A stretch of DNA of 64,000 nucleotides from an uncultured Bacilli bacterium (GCA_934168325.1 CAKPNG010000001.1:37018-101017), one strand, 5' to 3'; shown: positions 22,515 through 33,293, counted from the stretch's first letter. The notes: a model not told the origin generated them from the letters alone. Numbers and translations are program-made.

Positions 22515-23179
22515 AGTTTTTGATAAATATATACTGATTCATCAGTTGAATTAACTAACCCGCCAATTGATTTCACTCGTTTGATATTTTTTAAAGGTAT
22601 TATATCAATTAATTCAAAACCTTTTCTATGAATAATAGCTGAAGTATCTGCTATTAAATTATGATTTTTTAAATCTTTTATATTCAAGGCTAAAATTCCT
22701 TTTGGAATTAAATATTGTTTAATATTTTCAATAGTTGGTTCAAAATATTTTAAAAGCCAATCGTTATAATTAGGATAAAGCTTAATACTTTGTTCGCCAA
22801 TATTATAGTTTTCTAAATCGAAATAGGGAGGGCTACTAAAAGCTAATCCAACTGAATTGGCCCACTCAGGAATAAAAATTTCACTACCGCAATCTTTTAA
22901 AACAACTTTACTATTATTAGATATATTGCTTTTCCAGTCTTTTGTAAAATCATTAAGGCGCTCAATTAATAAATAATTAGGGTCGGTTCCAAAATAATTT
23001 TTATTATGTTTTAAAGCAGAAGTTAATCTTGCTCCCCATCCACAACTAAAATCATAAATAGTATCATTTATCCCATATTTTTCAATGACTTCATCTGCGA
23101 CTTTAATTGGAAAATTAGTGGGAATTTGAGCATAAGCTTTTCCTCCTAAACTGATTGCTTTTCCGATATTATAAGCCAA
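22505..23179 (-). CDS. DNA N6-adenine/N4-cytosine methyltransferase
   Basis: Motif I DFSCGWGARL and motif IV SSPPY. Confidence 0.75.
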   Translation of the reverse strand: MAYNIGKAISLGGKAYAQIPTNFPIKVADEVIEKYGINDTIYDFSCGWGARLTSALKHNKNYFGTDPNYLLIERLNDFTKDWKSNISNNSKVVLKDCGSEIFIPEWANSVGLAFSSPPYFDLENYNIGEQSIKLYPNYNDWLLKYFEPTIENIKQYLIPKGILALNIKDLKNHNLIADTSAIIHRKGFELIDIIPLKNIKRVKSIGGLVNSTDESVYIYQKLDF

Positions 23180-23290
23180 AGAACAATTAGTATCAAAAGT
23201 TTTAGGGCTTCTTTCAACTTTTCCTTTAAAAAGACTAAATAACTCAGGACTTTCAAATACATCTTCTACAGCCCATTTAGCAGTAGAACA

Positions 23291-23497
23291 CTAAGTTTTA
23301 CACATTAAATCACGAAAATAATAGCGTGTAATTTTATCATTCATTACCCCGCCACTTGCAATTTTTCGCATTTGAGCAATAACAATATTTTTATCTGGTT
23401 TATTAAAAAATTCAGTTTTTGAAGCTAATCGTTCTTCTTCGCTACTTTCTGAATAAATAGAAGTATTAATTGTTTTACCTTTATACTCAATTTTCAT
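23291..23497 (-). CDS. Hypothetical small protein
   Basis: ORF only. Confidence 0.3.
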   Translation of the reverse strand: MKIEYKGKTINTSIYSESSEEERLASKTEFFNKPDKNIVIAQMRKIASGGVMNDKITRYYFRDLMCKT

Positions 23498-25216
23498 TTA
23501 AAAACTCAACTCTCCATCTTCAATTTCATAATTCTCAATAAAAATCTGTGGCGTTATTCTGCCCATCCAAGAGTTTAAATTAGCTCTACCGACCAAATTC
23601 ATTTTTACTTCTCCAAATTCTTGAATTTCATTAATTAAATCAGTTGCATGAAATTTCATAAATGCAATTCCATTTTTCTCAATTTTTAAAGTGTCCTTAC
23701 GAGTCCCCATTATTTGGATATCATGGACGTTAAAATTTAAATCAGTTATATAAATTAAAGGTTCTTTATTATTAGTTGACCAAATTGCTTCATTTTGAGC
23801 GATTTCAGTTATTAAGCTATTTAAATCGTGAGCGACAGCGGGGCGTTCAAAATTAACCTCATAAACATTATTGGAGAAATCATAGCTCGCAAGATCAGTA
23901 TCAGCAATTTTCATTAACTGGGTTAAGTTTTTATCGGGAAGAGAACACCCGCAAGCATTTGAATGGCCCGCAGTATATTCAAAAAGACTAGTTTGTTCCA
24001 AATAGGATTTAAAGTCAGCCAGCTCACAATTGGATAATCCTCTTGCACTTCCGCGGTCATAACCCTCATCATTAAGTCTTGCTACAATTGTAGGACGTTG
24101 ATATTTCTGACTTAATCTCATAGCAAGCAATCCATTAAGCTCACTCGGAAAGACTTCATCTTCTAATCTGACAAATAAAATTTTATGTTCCAATAAATCA
24201 TATTTACTTATCTTAATTTCAAGACTATCCATCGCACTATCCAAAATTTTATTTTGTTTAGAACGATTATTAGTTGCTTCACGAATTGCTTCATTCACAA
24301 CCTCCGTCATAAGTCCTTTTTCGCCACGCTTATTTGAAGGGACTAATTCATGTCCATTAACAAAAGCTTGAAATAATCTTGTTTTTTCTGGCATTGACCC
24401 TACACGAATCGTAGCATTAATAAGAGGAACAATATAAAAAGCGATTGTAGTAGGATTTATTTTCCCACCCATTGAATAGGATTGGGCTTCAATAAATTTT
24501 TGAAGTCCATAATTTTTTATATTAGAGAAACCGAGTTTCCATATCGCTTGATTTTCTATTTCACGACCGTCCATAACATCTCCACAAACACCAACTGCAC
24601 ATAAATCAAGATAATTATCAGCATCAGTAAATCTATAATGGTCGTCCAAGGCTCGACAAAATTGCCAAGCAATTCCAGCTCCAGATAAAGCTTTATTCTC
24701 ATATGCAGGACTAGTTTGATTGTTGATAAGAGTCATATTCGGTGGAATTTCACTATCTGGTTCAAGCTCATGATGATCAAGAACAATAACAGGACAATTA
24801 AATTCTTTAATAAATTGCCCATCATTTGAACTGGCATCCGCAATAATAACTAAATCATAATCTTTTTCAATCATCGCTTCCCAAACATCTTCTAATCCAT
24901 GTTGTTTATGCTCATGGAAATAACCAGTAATTATTATTTGTGGAAAATTCTTTTTTAAATAGTTAATTAAAATTGAAGCTGATGTTAAACCATCAGCATC
25001 GCAGTCAATAATCGTTCCTACATTAATTTTTTCTTTTACATCAACAATTTCACGAAAAATCGCGACCGCCCGCTCAATATTGGATAATTTACCCCAATTT
25101 TCAATGTCATCGTATGTTGGATTTTTAAAATTTTCTAAATTCTTAATTCCTCTACTTAAAAGCAAATTATCAACATAATCTGCTTTAAAATTTTCATTTA
25201 CTAATTTAACTTGCAT
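23498..25216 (-). CDS. RecJ-like DHH-family ssDNA exonuclease
   Basis: DHH motifs DCDADGLTS and ..DHHE.. Confidence 0.65.
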   Translation of the reverse strand: MQVKLVNENFKADYVDNLLLSRGIKNLENFKNPTYDDIENWGKLSNIERAVAIFREIVDVKEKINVGTIIDCDADGLTSASILINYLKKNFPQIIITGYFHEHKQHGLEDVWEAMIEKDYDLVIIADASSNDGQFIKEFNCPVIVLDHHELEPDSEIPPNMTLINNQTSPAYENKALSGAGIAWQFCRALDDHYRFTDADNYLDLCAVGVCGDVMDGREIENQAIWKLGFSNIKNYGLQKFIEAQSYSMGGKINPTTIAFYIVPLINATIRVGSMPEKTRLFQAFVNGHELVPSNKRGEKGLMTEVVNEAIREATNNRSKQNKILDSAMDSLEIKISKYDLLEHKILFVRLEDEVFPSELNGLLAMRLSQKYQRPTIVARLNDEGYDRGSARGLSNCELADFKSYLEQTSLFEYTAGHSNACGCSLPDKNLTQLMKIADTDLASYDFSNNVYEVNFERPAVAHDLNSLITEIAQNEAIWSTNNKEPLIYITDLNFNVHDIQIMGTRKDTLKIEKNGIAFMKFHATDLINEIQEFGEVKMNLVGRANLNSWMGRITPQIFIENYEIEDGELSF

Positions 25217-26276
25217 TTACTTTTACTCTACCTTTCAATAATTTCCTAAAAATTTCGGGACCATGGTCAGTTGGACTATCTTTTAAATTTGTTAATCCTT
25301 CTCTATCATAAACAAATGAAAAATTACAGTATTCAGAATATTTTCTGCACAGTTTATAAAGTTTATTGAAATATTTATCTTCGCCTGGTTTTTCCTCATT
25401 ATCAAAACAAATAACAATTTCTTTTGGCTTTCCATATTTTAAAAGCTGACGAAGTTGCCATTTATTGAACTGCGAACCGCAAACTGCTACTGCACAATTA
25501 ACAAAGTTTTTTGAACCCCAACTTTCTATCTGTAGAATTGCCTTTTCACTCTCGCATAAATAACAAATTCCTGTTCTTTTAATATTCTGATAATTAGCCT
25601 TCAACCCATATAAATTACAAGAAAGAGGATGGCTATACCACTTACCCTCAACCTTAATTGGTCCATATTTGCCATATTGTTCAACTTCATCAGGATTGAG
25701 TGCCCGCCCTCTAATTCCAATTAGTCGATTTTTCATATCATAATGTGGGATTATAATTTTATTTTGACTAATTGAATAACAAATTCCAAATTTATCCATT
25801 GCCGCAGGAGTAATTCCATCATTAAGCCATTCTGGTCTATAACTTTTTACGAAAGTATCAAGAACAGAGGAGTCATATTCAGGCAAAAGTGGAATTTTTC
25901 TATGTTCCTTATTTTCTCTAATTGACCGATAAACTTCAAGTTGCGATTCATTTTTATAGTTGGAGCAATTTAAAACTACTAAATAAATATCCAAATACCA
26001 GTCATAATCGCGGCCACGGGCTTCATAATAATTTTTTAAAAACTTAAAAATTGACATATTTCCACATTCAGTAAAACAAACAAATAATTTATTATTTTTA
26101 TAATAATAAAGTTTCTCTGACGCATTTTCTAAATTTTCATTATGGCAAGCAGTTTTACAAACCAAAAAATCTCCCTTATCAATAAAAGGTATTTTAAGAC
26201 GAGTTAATAGCTTTTTAATTTTATCATCATCAATTTCTCTAATAATTTCTTCGTAATCAATTGCCATTAAGTGCAT
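25206..26276 (-). CDS. DnaG-like primase
   Basis: CHC2 zinc finger (CKTACHNE...VCFTECG) and a Toprim-like acidic motif. Confidence 0.55.
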   Translation of the reverse strand: MHLMAIDYEEIIREIDDDKIKKLLTRLKIPFIDKGDFLVCKTACHNENLENASEKLYYYKNNKLFVCFTECGNMSIFKFLKNYYEARGRDYDWYLDIYLVVLNCSNYKNESQLEVYRSIRENKEHRKIPLLPEYDSSVLDTFVKSYRPEWLNDGITPAAMDKFGICYSISQNKIIIPHYDMKNRLIGIRGRALNPDEVEQYGKYGPIKVEGKWYSHPLSCNLYGLKANYQNIKRTGICYLCESEKAILQIESWGSKNFVNCAVAVCGSQFNKWQLRQLLKYGKPKEIVICFDNEEKPGEDKYFNKLYKLCRKYSEYCNFSFVYDREGLTNLKDSPTDHGPEIFRKLLKGRVKVNAS

Positions 26277-26745
26277 CCCTCACTTTCTTAATTTCTTGTA
26301 TTTCTTCATCTGTCCAGTCATTAATTAATGGCATTGAAGGTCCGTCATAAATATTAATTACATTAAGTCGACTATCAGTTATAAACAGGTCTTCAATTCT
26401 CATTGTTCCCAAATCAACATAAGACCATATCCTCACTTGCGACCATTGTCCGCTACGAACTTTAAACACATCAAAAACACGATTTGGTTCCTTACATACA
26501 TTACTTACTATAATTTCTTTTAACATATCTAATTCTTCATTTGTTGGGCGGGCCATAATAATACCATTATCAGCTTTATTAATAGTTGCACGACCACCCG
26601 CGAGAGAAGCTTCATTACGAATTTCTCTATTATTATCCGCTGAAGCATTAACTTGCGTGGAAGTAAAAATTCCTACATTTAATTCTACCGCTAAATCTTT
26701 AAGAGCAGTAGTCATCAACAAAAGCAACTCCAGTTATCTCCATTA
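26257..26745 (-). CDS. dnaB: DnaB-family replicative helicase, C-terminal part (exon 2 or C-fragment)
   Basis: LKDLAVELNVGIFTSTQVN...SLAGGRATINKADNGIIMARP corresponds to DnaB SRsLKaLAKEL..LSQLNR..SDLRESG.IEQDAD. Frame open upstream to a TAA at about 26747. Confidence 0.7.
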
Positions 26746-27770
26746 TTTCTAATGGCCCGGACTATATCTTAAATGGTTTTATATAACCACCTATAACCGT
26801 TTCGAGTATCTTACCACTAGATACCCTACTCTAAGATTGACCTTAGATAGTCTCTACAGGTTTTATAAAGAGAGTTTATTAATTTCCGCAAATTGATCGG
26901 CAGTAATGCGGATAAATTTATATTTTCGTTCACATCTATTATTCTAACAGATGCTACTATAAATTTTATTATATGTAGTATTATATTTTTCTGTAAAACA
27001 CCGAATAGATAAAGAAGTATCTTCAATTTGACCAGTAGTTTCATTAATCTTTGCTACGCAACATTTAAATCGAGCTAAAAAATTTTTTAACCATTTTTCT
27101 TTTTCGTTTTCTTTTATCCAATAATAACCATGATGTGCTTGCCCAGTATTACTTGCTTTTTGTATAGCACGAAAATCAACTCCAGTATTCCTACAGGCAT
27201 CCCGGAAGCCCTTATGAATAGCAATTAAATGAAACTAATATCCATCAAAAGAATATTGCAAAATATTATCATATTTTGCCTAATGAGTTTCTTTTAATTT
27301 TTCTATTACTTGTGGGCTATAAACTGGATTTAATTTTCCACCCTCTAAGATATTATATGATGTAGTTGCATGAGTCTACTGTATTAAATCATATTCATGC
27401 TAATAAGCTAGTTCTTCAGTAGAATCTAAAATTTCAAATACTTCGAAATTAAAAGCCGACTTTCCATATTTATTATAATCATTTTGTATTTTATAATTAG
27501 GATGCGTATGGCTTTTTAATTTACGAAAATGCTAATGTTCTCGTTTTTTTGGATCAGTTGTAATACCAATATAAAAACTGCCATTTTTTATATTAGTAAT
27601 TTTATAATAATAAAATTTCATAATTAAACTCCTTTATAATTTCCCACGGTATTACCATATCCCATAAGGACTTAGGCTCTCTTACCACCTTAATCTTTCG
27701 ATTTAGTTGACCGTTAGCCATTTAAATAAATGACCCCGCTGGTAAACGGAAAAGTTATATATACGACAAA
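26746..27770 (-). mobile_element. About 1 kb insertion in dnaB carrying a GIY-YIG homing endonuclease (group I intron-like or intronless split)
   Basis: The DnaB reading frame breaks about 18 codons before the stop of ORF 27714-29945 and resumes in ORF 26257-26727. The endonuclease gene fills the gap. Boundaries approximate. Confidence 0.5.
26863..27622 (-). CDS. GIY-YIG homing endonuclease, 6 in-frame TAG
   Basis: RBS aaaggag then ATG 27622. MKFYYYKITNIKNGSFYIGITTDPKKREH*H... with YNILEGG. The ORF track shows only a frame-shifted C-terminal fragment (26826-27044). Confidence 0.7.
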
Positions 27771-29945
27771 TTTTTTATCGTTTCTCAATCCATGTCCTCG
27801 AAATTCAGACAATAACGCAGGTGAAATAAAAATATAGTCATAAAAAATAAAATCAATTTGATGAAGAATTGCTTGCTCTCTTATAATATTTTGCAAAGTT
27901 TGAATATTCGGATCGGGAATACGAATAATTGTAAAATTATCCTCATACTCTTTCATTATGGTATAAGCACCTTGCAATCGTTTTTCAACCTCTTTATCAA
28001 AATGTCCATATTTAAATACGCTTTCGGGAACTCCACTTAAATAGGACAAAACTTTCTTTTGGGCTTGCTCAATCATTTGTTCAGTAATTATAAATAAAAT
28101 ATGTTGATTGCTTCCTTGCTGTTCCCATTTGCCTGTTTGCTCATCATATCTAATTGGAAAAGCCAAATAGCAAGCATCCGCGAAAGCAGTAGAGGTATTA
28201 TGAGTAGTAATATAATCATTAATTAAAAATAAATGAGATTCATTATCTACTTGGAAGCAAGTCATATCTGTAAATTTTCCAGTAGGCTGAATATTGACAA
28301 TAACATTGTTGTCTCGGCGCTCATTGCGTTTTTCATTATTAGCGTAATCAAAAGCAATTTGTTTTTTTCTTGTTAAACGAAAAAGAGCTATTTTTTCTTG
28401 TTTATTACATTGGATATGAACTCTATAACAAATATGAGTAGGTTTATGCTTATCTTCTGTAATTGTTGCAATATACCCAAGCTCCCAGCATATTTGCTGG
28501 ACTTGTTTAGCCATTTGCTTACTAATAGAAAAATAGCTGATGCGTCCTTTTTGATCAATTGTTCCATCTGTATCTAAAAGCCCTTGTAATAAAGCCTTTC
28601 GTTGTTTAATTGATCCCTCTAGATAATCTTCTGGAATAAATTTATCTTCACTTTTACAATTAATTAATTGTGGGTAATTTTTTAAAAGCTCATCAACATG
28701 AAGATTAGTTCTATCTGTTATTTGTTGTTTAAATTTAAATGTCCATCCATAGTTAAATTGTGAATTTTTCTTATAATTTAAATTAAGCAGGCTAGCTATA
28801 GAAGCTACAAGCTCTTCATCAGCACTACTAAATGTAAAAGCAGAAGAAGGACTATACATTCTAAAACTACCATCACCAAGTGCAGCACCCATAACATAAG
28901 GATCAGGATATAATATTTTTTCTTCTTTTTGTAAGGGTTTGTTTAAGGGGACTGAATAATGATAAGCCCCATCTGATAATTGTATCTGTTGATTGACTAA
29001 TTGCTCAGTAGTAAAAACATTTAGTTTTTTCTTATTTTTTGCGCGGCTATTAAAAACACTCCATAAATGATCTTTACAACATTCAGTTGTTCTACCATCT
29101 TTAAAAGTAATTTTGTAAATCTCTTTAGGTTCTATTTGTGGGTAAACGCCAATAATTTGTGTAGGCTTTCCATCGTCTCCCCAAAGAGAATCTCCTATAT
29201 TTAATTCTCCAATTGTTCTTTCACCATTAGGTGTCGGAATTTTTAAATAATTAGGTAAGGCTTTGCCACACCCCGATGGAGCTGATCTAATTGTTAAACA
29301 ACCTTTTTGTGCTCCACTTAAAACTTGATTATAAATTGTTCCTTGTAGCGGGATTCCAATTTCAGCTCCAACTTTTAAATTCCCAATTAATTCATCAAGT
29401 CCGTCTGTTAATTTTACAACATTAATTTCACTATTTAAGGAATATTCATTTTCCAACTTCAATAATTTTTGTTTAACATTGGTGCAAATTTCTTCAATTG
29501 TCGTATTTTCGAAACGACCATTAACTTCCGCAAATTTTGTGCTTAAAGCATCATCACAATAATAATCACTAATATCAAAACCTTGTTTTTGTAAATCTCT
29601 TAATAAATTGATTTTTTTTAATTTTAAATAATAATATTGAAATCCACTGGTATCTTCCGCAACTAAATCCAATATATCTTGTATATATTCTCTACCATTC
29701 TGTTCATTAAAAGTATGAATTGCTTTTGGATTTGACGATAGATAATTTTCAATATCAATAACGGAAATTTTTTTCATTCCCTGGCTATATAAACCGCTTA
29801 TTGCTGTAAATATATATTTTTGAAATCTTGTATTAAAATCATTTACACTTAAATTAAATTTATCTGTCTGCGATAATAGCGTCGGGTTATTCGCTAAATG
29901 TCCAAGCACTTCCTGAATAGCATTTTTATCAGTAATACTTTTCAC
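27714..29945 (-). CDS. dnaB: DnaB-family helicase N-terminal part (exon 1 or N-fragment) containing an intein; last ~18 codons probably read into the insertion
   Basis: DnaB N-domain, then LTDGLDEL...GCLTIRSAPSGCGK | intein | TSTAFADACYLAF...IFYDYIFI (Walker A and H2). Exon end estimated near 27771. Confidence 0.75.
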   Translation of the reverse strand: MKSITDKNAIQEVLGHLANNPTLLSQTDKFNLSVNDFNTRFQKYIFTAISGLYSQGMKKISVIDIENYLSSNPKAIHTFNEQNGREYIQDILDLVAEDTSGFQYYYLKLKKINLLRDLQKQGFDISDYYCDDALSTKFAEVNGRFENTTIEEICTNVKQKLLKLENEYSLNSEINVVKLTDGLDELIGNLKVGAEIGIPLQGTIYNQVLSGAQKGCLTIRSAPSGCGKALPNYLKIPTPNGERTIGELNIGDSLWGDDGKPTQIIGVYPQIEPKEIYKITFKDGRTTECCKDHLWSVFNSRAKNKKKLNVFTTEQLVNQQIQLSDGAYHYSVPLNKPLQKEEKILYPDPYVMGAALGDGSFRMYSPSSAFTFSSADEELVASIASLLNLNYKKNSQFNYGWTFKFKQQITDRTNLHVDELLKNYPQLINCKSEDKFIPEDYLEGSIKQRKALLQGLLDTDGTIDQKGRISYFSISKQMAKQVQQICWELGYIATITEDKHKPTHICYRVHIQCNKQEKIALFRLTRKKQIAFDYANNEKRNERRDNNVIVNIQPTGKFTDMTCFQVDNESHLFLINDYITTHNTSTAFADACYLAFPIRYDEQTGKWEQQGSNQHILFIITEQMIEQAQKKVLSYLSGVPESVFKYGHFDKEVEKRLQGAYTIMKEYEDNFTIIRIPDPNIQTLQNIIREQAILHQIDFIFYDYIFISPALLSEFRGHGLRNDKKFVVYITFPFTSGVIYLNG
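28197..29261 (-). mobile_element. Intein with LAGLIDADG homing-endonuclease domain in the DnaB P-loop
   Basis: Hint N-block KIPTPNGERTIGEL; LAGLIDADG motifs YVMGAALGDGSF and LLQGLLDTDGTID; C-terminal ITTHN followed by Thr+1. Start is Ala229 (restores GCGKT) or Cys226. Confidence 0.7.
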
Positions 29946-29954
29946 CCTCCCTTA

Positions 29955-30512
29955 TTAAATATCGTCTAAATCAACGACTTTAATTATTTTTTTCTTTTTC
30001 TTTTCAACATTGATTATTTGTTGTGCTGACTCGCTTTGTTCTTTAAGTCTTCGTTGTTCAATTATCTGTGTCATAAGAGTTTCCATATGCTGATTGTGGG
30101 CACGCCAGTAATTTTCAGCATCTTTGTAAATAAAAGGAATTATTCCAATGCCACCGTTTGCTTTCTCTTTGTCGCCTTTTTTTACATCATAAAAATAACG
30201 TAAACTCAAATAAATTCCTTTTGCGGTATAACCTTGTTTCAAAAAGGCTCTCCATTGTTTAGCAATTAACTTAAAATCAATTTCTGGTAGTTGCACATCA
30301 AACCAAAGATAATCTTTTAATTCTTGAAACCAACGATCATCATCAAGAACGTCTTTGACTCCGACTGTTTTACGAAATTCTAAATAAATTGCATAACAAT
30401 CTTTATGCCAATATCGGTTTTTAATATGCACCCAATCTACATCTTCAATACCATCTTCTCGGTAGAAGCTCTTCCCGCATTGAGGACATTTTACTTGTGG
30501 CTTCTTTATCAT
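29955..30512 (-). CDS. Hypothetical protein with N-terminal zinc ribbon
   Basis: CPQCGKS...HKDC. Confidence 0.45.
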   Translation of the reverse strand: MIKKPQVKCPQCGKSFYREDGIEDVDWVHIKNRYWHKDCYAIYLEFRKTVGVKDVLDDDRWFQELKDYLWFDVQLPEIDFKLIAKQWRAFLKQGYTAKGIYLSLRYFYDVKKGDKEKANGGIGIIPFIYKDAENYWRAHNQHMETLMTQIIEQRRLKEQSESAQQIINVEKKKKKIIKVVDLDDI

Positions 30513-30623
30513 TAAAATTCTCCTTTCATTTTTTTCTCTACTTATATTATACCATAAATTCTTCTAAATAGCAAATTTGGCTACCTAAAAAATATAGGTA
30601 GCCTAACTGCTAAATTATATCTA

Positions 30624-31601
30624 TTAAATGCCTTGTTCTTTGCACATATCCCGCATATCAAGAACTACCAAATTAAACAAATCAACTTGGTCTTCCATGA
30701 TTTCAGAAAGTTTAATTTTTCTTCCAAAAATCATTTCAACGCGTTTAAGGATACGAGGAGCATTTTCGGGATTTTTATCAACAAGCTTGCGCCACAAGTC
30801 ATTAGCTTCAGCACGAATTGCGTCATAGTTAAGTTTTTCAGTTAAATCAATAGGTGAGGTATCTACAACTGTAGCACCCATTTCCTGCTCCTTATCAATC
30901 GCTTCACCAAGAGCATCTACAAATTCTTTATAGCCAAAAGGAATTTTAGGAGCAAGATATTTGTAGCGTGAGCCAGCGGTAATTGTAGGTGTAGAACGAG
31001 TAATAACCCAACGATGGCTCTCACCTTTCTCATCCCAAGTTTGAGTGATGACACCGATAATATCAACAAGACCATTAACAATTTTAAGACAACGAGGATT
31101 AAGATCAGGTTTATAACCAATAATTTTTCCATCATCATCATTTTGTTCTTTTAAATGGCAGGTCATTGCTAACCCATATCCCATCATAGTAATTTTTCGC
31201 AAAGCATTCTCAAACTCTTTAGAAAGAGCACTATATCCTCCTCCATAAGGGATTTCGGAAATTTTCTGCACTCCTGCTTGAGAACAAATAAAATTTTCAC
31301 AAAGATCATAAGCAATTGTAATTGTATCAATACCAATAGTGCTAAATTTCTGTTTTGCTTCGGGACTGTCAAGCTGACGAAGCACCAATTTAAAAGTACT
31401 CCAAGAATCAATTTTTTGAACCATTGCACCAGGGCGTGCATTCGTGCCAATTTCAAATGCCAAAATCAATGCGTCGGGACATTGGCAGAGGAACTCAGTC
31501 TTGCCAATTTTCGGAGAACCCGCCAGGAGCAGATATTTCGAGCGTAAATCTCTCGAAATCACCTGGGGTTGGATAGACATAATATCAATACTCATAGCCA
31601 T
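30624..31601 (-). CDS. RecA-like/Sak4-family (AAA_24) ATPase
   Basis: Walker A LLLAGSPKIGKT. Confidence 0.6.
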   Translation of the reverse strand: MAMSIDIMSIQPQVISRDLRSKYLLLAGSPKIGKTEFLCQCPDALILAFEIGTNARPGAMVQKIDSWSTFKLVLRQLDSPEAKQKFSTIGIDTITIAYDLCENFICSQAGVQKISEIPYGGGYSALSKEFENALRKITMMGYGLAMTCHLKEQNDDDGKIIGYKPDLNPRCLKIVNGLVDIIGVITQTWDEKGESHRWVITRSTPTITAGSRYKYLAPKIPFGYKEFVDALGEAIDKEQEMGATVVDTSPIDLTEKLNYDAIRAEANDLWRKLVDKNPENAPRILKRVEMIFGRKIKLSEIMEDQVDLFNLVVLDMRDMCKEQGI

Positions 31602-31620
31602 AAATCAACCCCTCCCGCAA

Positions 31621-32502
31621 TTAAAATCCAAGATCATCAGTTGCACTCATAACCGGCGCTTTCGGTTTTACTTCCTTATGTTTCTTAGCTTCAATACGTT
31701 CATCACGTTTTGCAAGAGCATCTTTTACCCAAGTAATCGGGAAAGCCTGTTCATCTTCAAAAGGTTCAGAACCGCCAGTAATAAGGAGATCATGCACAGA
31801 AATAGTATGTTTTTCCTCCTGCGGTTCACCAAAAGCGGTTTCAATTTTCTTTATCTCAGTTTTAAAAGAATAGTTCAGCTTACCACTGGCTCTAACAGTA
31901 TCACCTTTATGCCAATAATTTTGGAGAGAATTAATTACATTTTCATTATGTGCTTTAAGAGTAATTACATCAACATAATCTTGATACTGCGGAACGATTG
32001 CATCGAGTTTATAAACAGAAGTTTCTACACCATCTGCATCGCACTCAAAACCACCATTCTTTACAACAAGAGTCATAGTAAAAGTAGCTTTCGGTTCACA
32101 ATCCTCTTTTCTAATTTTATTAATGAAAGAAGCATTTACACGAGTAGAAACAATAAAATTACCATTTTTATCAACAAATTCATTATTACGGAGAGTTCCA
32201 CCAGTAATTCTTACACAATCAGCTCTTTCCTCTCCAACAGAAGCGATAGAATTCATTTCGGTTTTTACTTTCAAAGCACTCTCATAAGCAGGATTTGGCT
32301 TGCCTGCATTAGTAAATTTTGTTGCAAACACAGATACAGGAATTTCAAGCACAGTATCTACACCATCAATAGGCTGAATAACTTTTACTTTAATATCGCC
32401 AGCGATAACTTCTTTTTCAGCACCGTTAATTACAATTTTCTTTTCTTCAAGACCATTCTCACTAAGAATACCCTCAATATGAACTTTATTTTCGTAAATC
32501 AT
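31621..32502 (-). CDS. Putative ssDNA-binding protein
   Basis: Acidic C-terminal tail ..TDDLGF resembles an SSB tail. Located in the replication module. Confidence 0.4.
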   Translation of the reverse strand: MIYENKVHIEGILSENGLEEKKIVINGAEKEVIAGDIKVKVIQPIDGVDTVLEIPVSVFATKFTNAGKPNPAYESALKVKTEMNSIASVGEERADCVRITGGTLRNNEFVDKNGNFIVSTRVNASFINKIRKEDCEPKATFTMTLVVKNGGFECDADGVETSVYKLDAIVPQYQDYVDVITLKAHNENVINSLQNYWHKGDTVRASGKLNYSFKTEIKKIETAFGEPQEEKHTISVHDLLITGGSEPFEDEQAFPITWVKDALAKRDERIEAKKHKEVKPKAPVMSATDDLGF

Positions 32503-32585
32503 TTTCTTTTCTCCTTTTAAGTTAAATTAAATTGTTTTTGTTTTTTTTGTTTTAATTAAATTTGTGTTCATACTAAGATAAAAAT

Positions 32586-32622
32586 AAGGCGGGGTTCAAC
32601 GCCCCGCCATCTTATCTTTTTA
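32586..32622 (-). terminator. Intrinsic terminator
   Basis: GGCGGGG/CCCCGCC hairpin with a T run on the - strand. Confidence 0.65.
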
Positions 32623-32623
32623 A

Positions 32624-32881
32624 TTATTCCTCAGTGGGAACAAAATTCTTACCCTCGTCAGTAAGAACAACATAAGTAATAGTGGTAGCTTTACCGTCCT
32701 CACCAGGCTCGCTTGCAACTTTTTCACGAACTGCGAGACCTTTCTTCTGAAGATCAAGAACGTTAGCACCAATAGAACGAGAAGTTCTTCCGGTCACAGC
32801 TACAAGTTCCTCCATAGAAACACGGCCACCATTCTCCTTTACATAGGAATAAATTTCATTTGTCTTTTCAGTTAATTTCAT
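32624..32881 (-). CDS. Small winged-helix DNA-binding protein
   Basis: 85 aa with HTH-like ELVAVTGRTSRSIGANVLDLQKKG. Confidence 0.45.
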   Translation of the reverse strand: MKLTEKTNEIYSYVKENGGRVSMEELVAVTGRTSRSIGANVLDLQKKGLAVREKVASEPGEDGKATTITYVVLTDEGKNFVPTEE

Positions 32882-32989
32882 AATAATTTTTTCTCCTTTT
32901 TAATTAAAATATTTTTTTATAATTAAATAAAACCTATGTATAAGGGTTTTATTTATTTAACATATTTATTATAACAGCATTCTCAAAAA

Positions 32990-33265
32990 TTAAAATGTTT
33001 GCCATCCATCCCAAGTTTCATAGGCGCAATGCCAAGATTTTCCATCATAAATATAGCCTTCAACTATTGAACTGGGTTGAGGTTTAGTTATCAATATAAC
33101 CTCTTCATCATTAAGTGGTACTACTTTAGCATATTGCAAACGATAACTTTTAAGATCAGCATCGTTAAAATAATAACCATGTTGGATATGTGGTTTTGTA
33201 TATTCTAAAATAGTTCCAATTGGATAAGCAGAACTAATTTCTTCAAAAGTAGAAAATTCTTTCAT
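32990..33265 (-). CDS. Hypothetical protein (start moved to internal Met after the promoter and RBS)
   Basis: The promoter at 33294-33323 overlaps the 5' end of the listed ORF. RBS aagagga then ATGAAAGAA. Confidence 0.45.
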   Translation of the reverse strand: MKEFSTFEEISSAYPIGTILEYTKPHIQHGYYFNDADLKSYRLQYAKVVPLNDEEVILITKPQPSSIVEGYIYDGKSWHCAYETWDGWQTF

Positions 33266-33293
33266 TATTTTTCCTCTTTTCTTTACTATAATA

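Noticed and set aside
30628-31547. Overlapping small ORFs on both strands inside the Sak4-like gene
   Set aside because: Alternative-frame shadows of a well-supported ATPase gene.
31444-32520. 358-aa + strand ORF
   Set aside because: Antisense to the Sak4-like and SSB-like genes, low-complexity I/F/N-rich, no RBS; an AT-rich shadow ORF.
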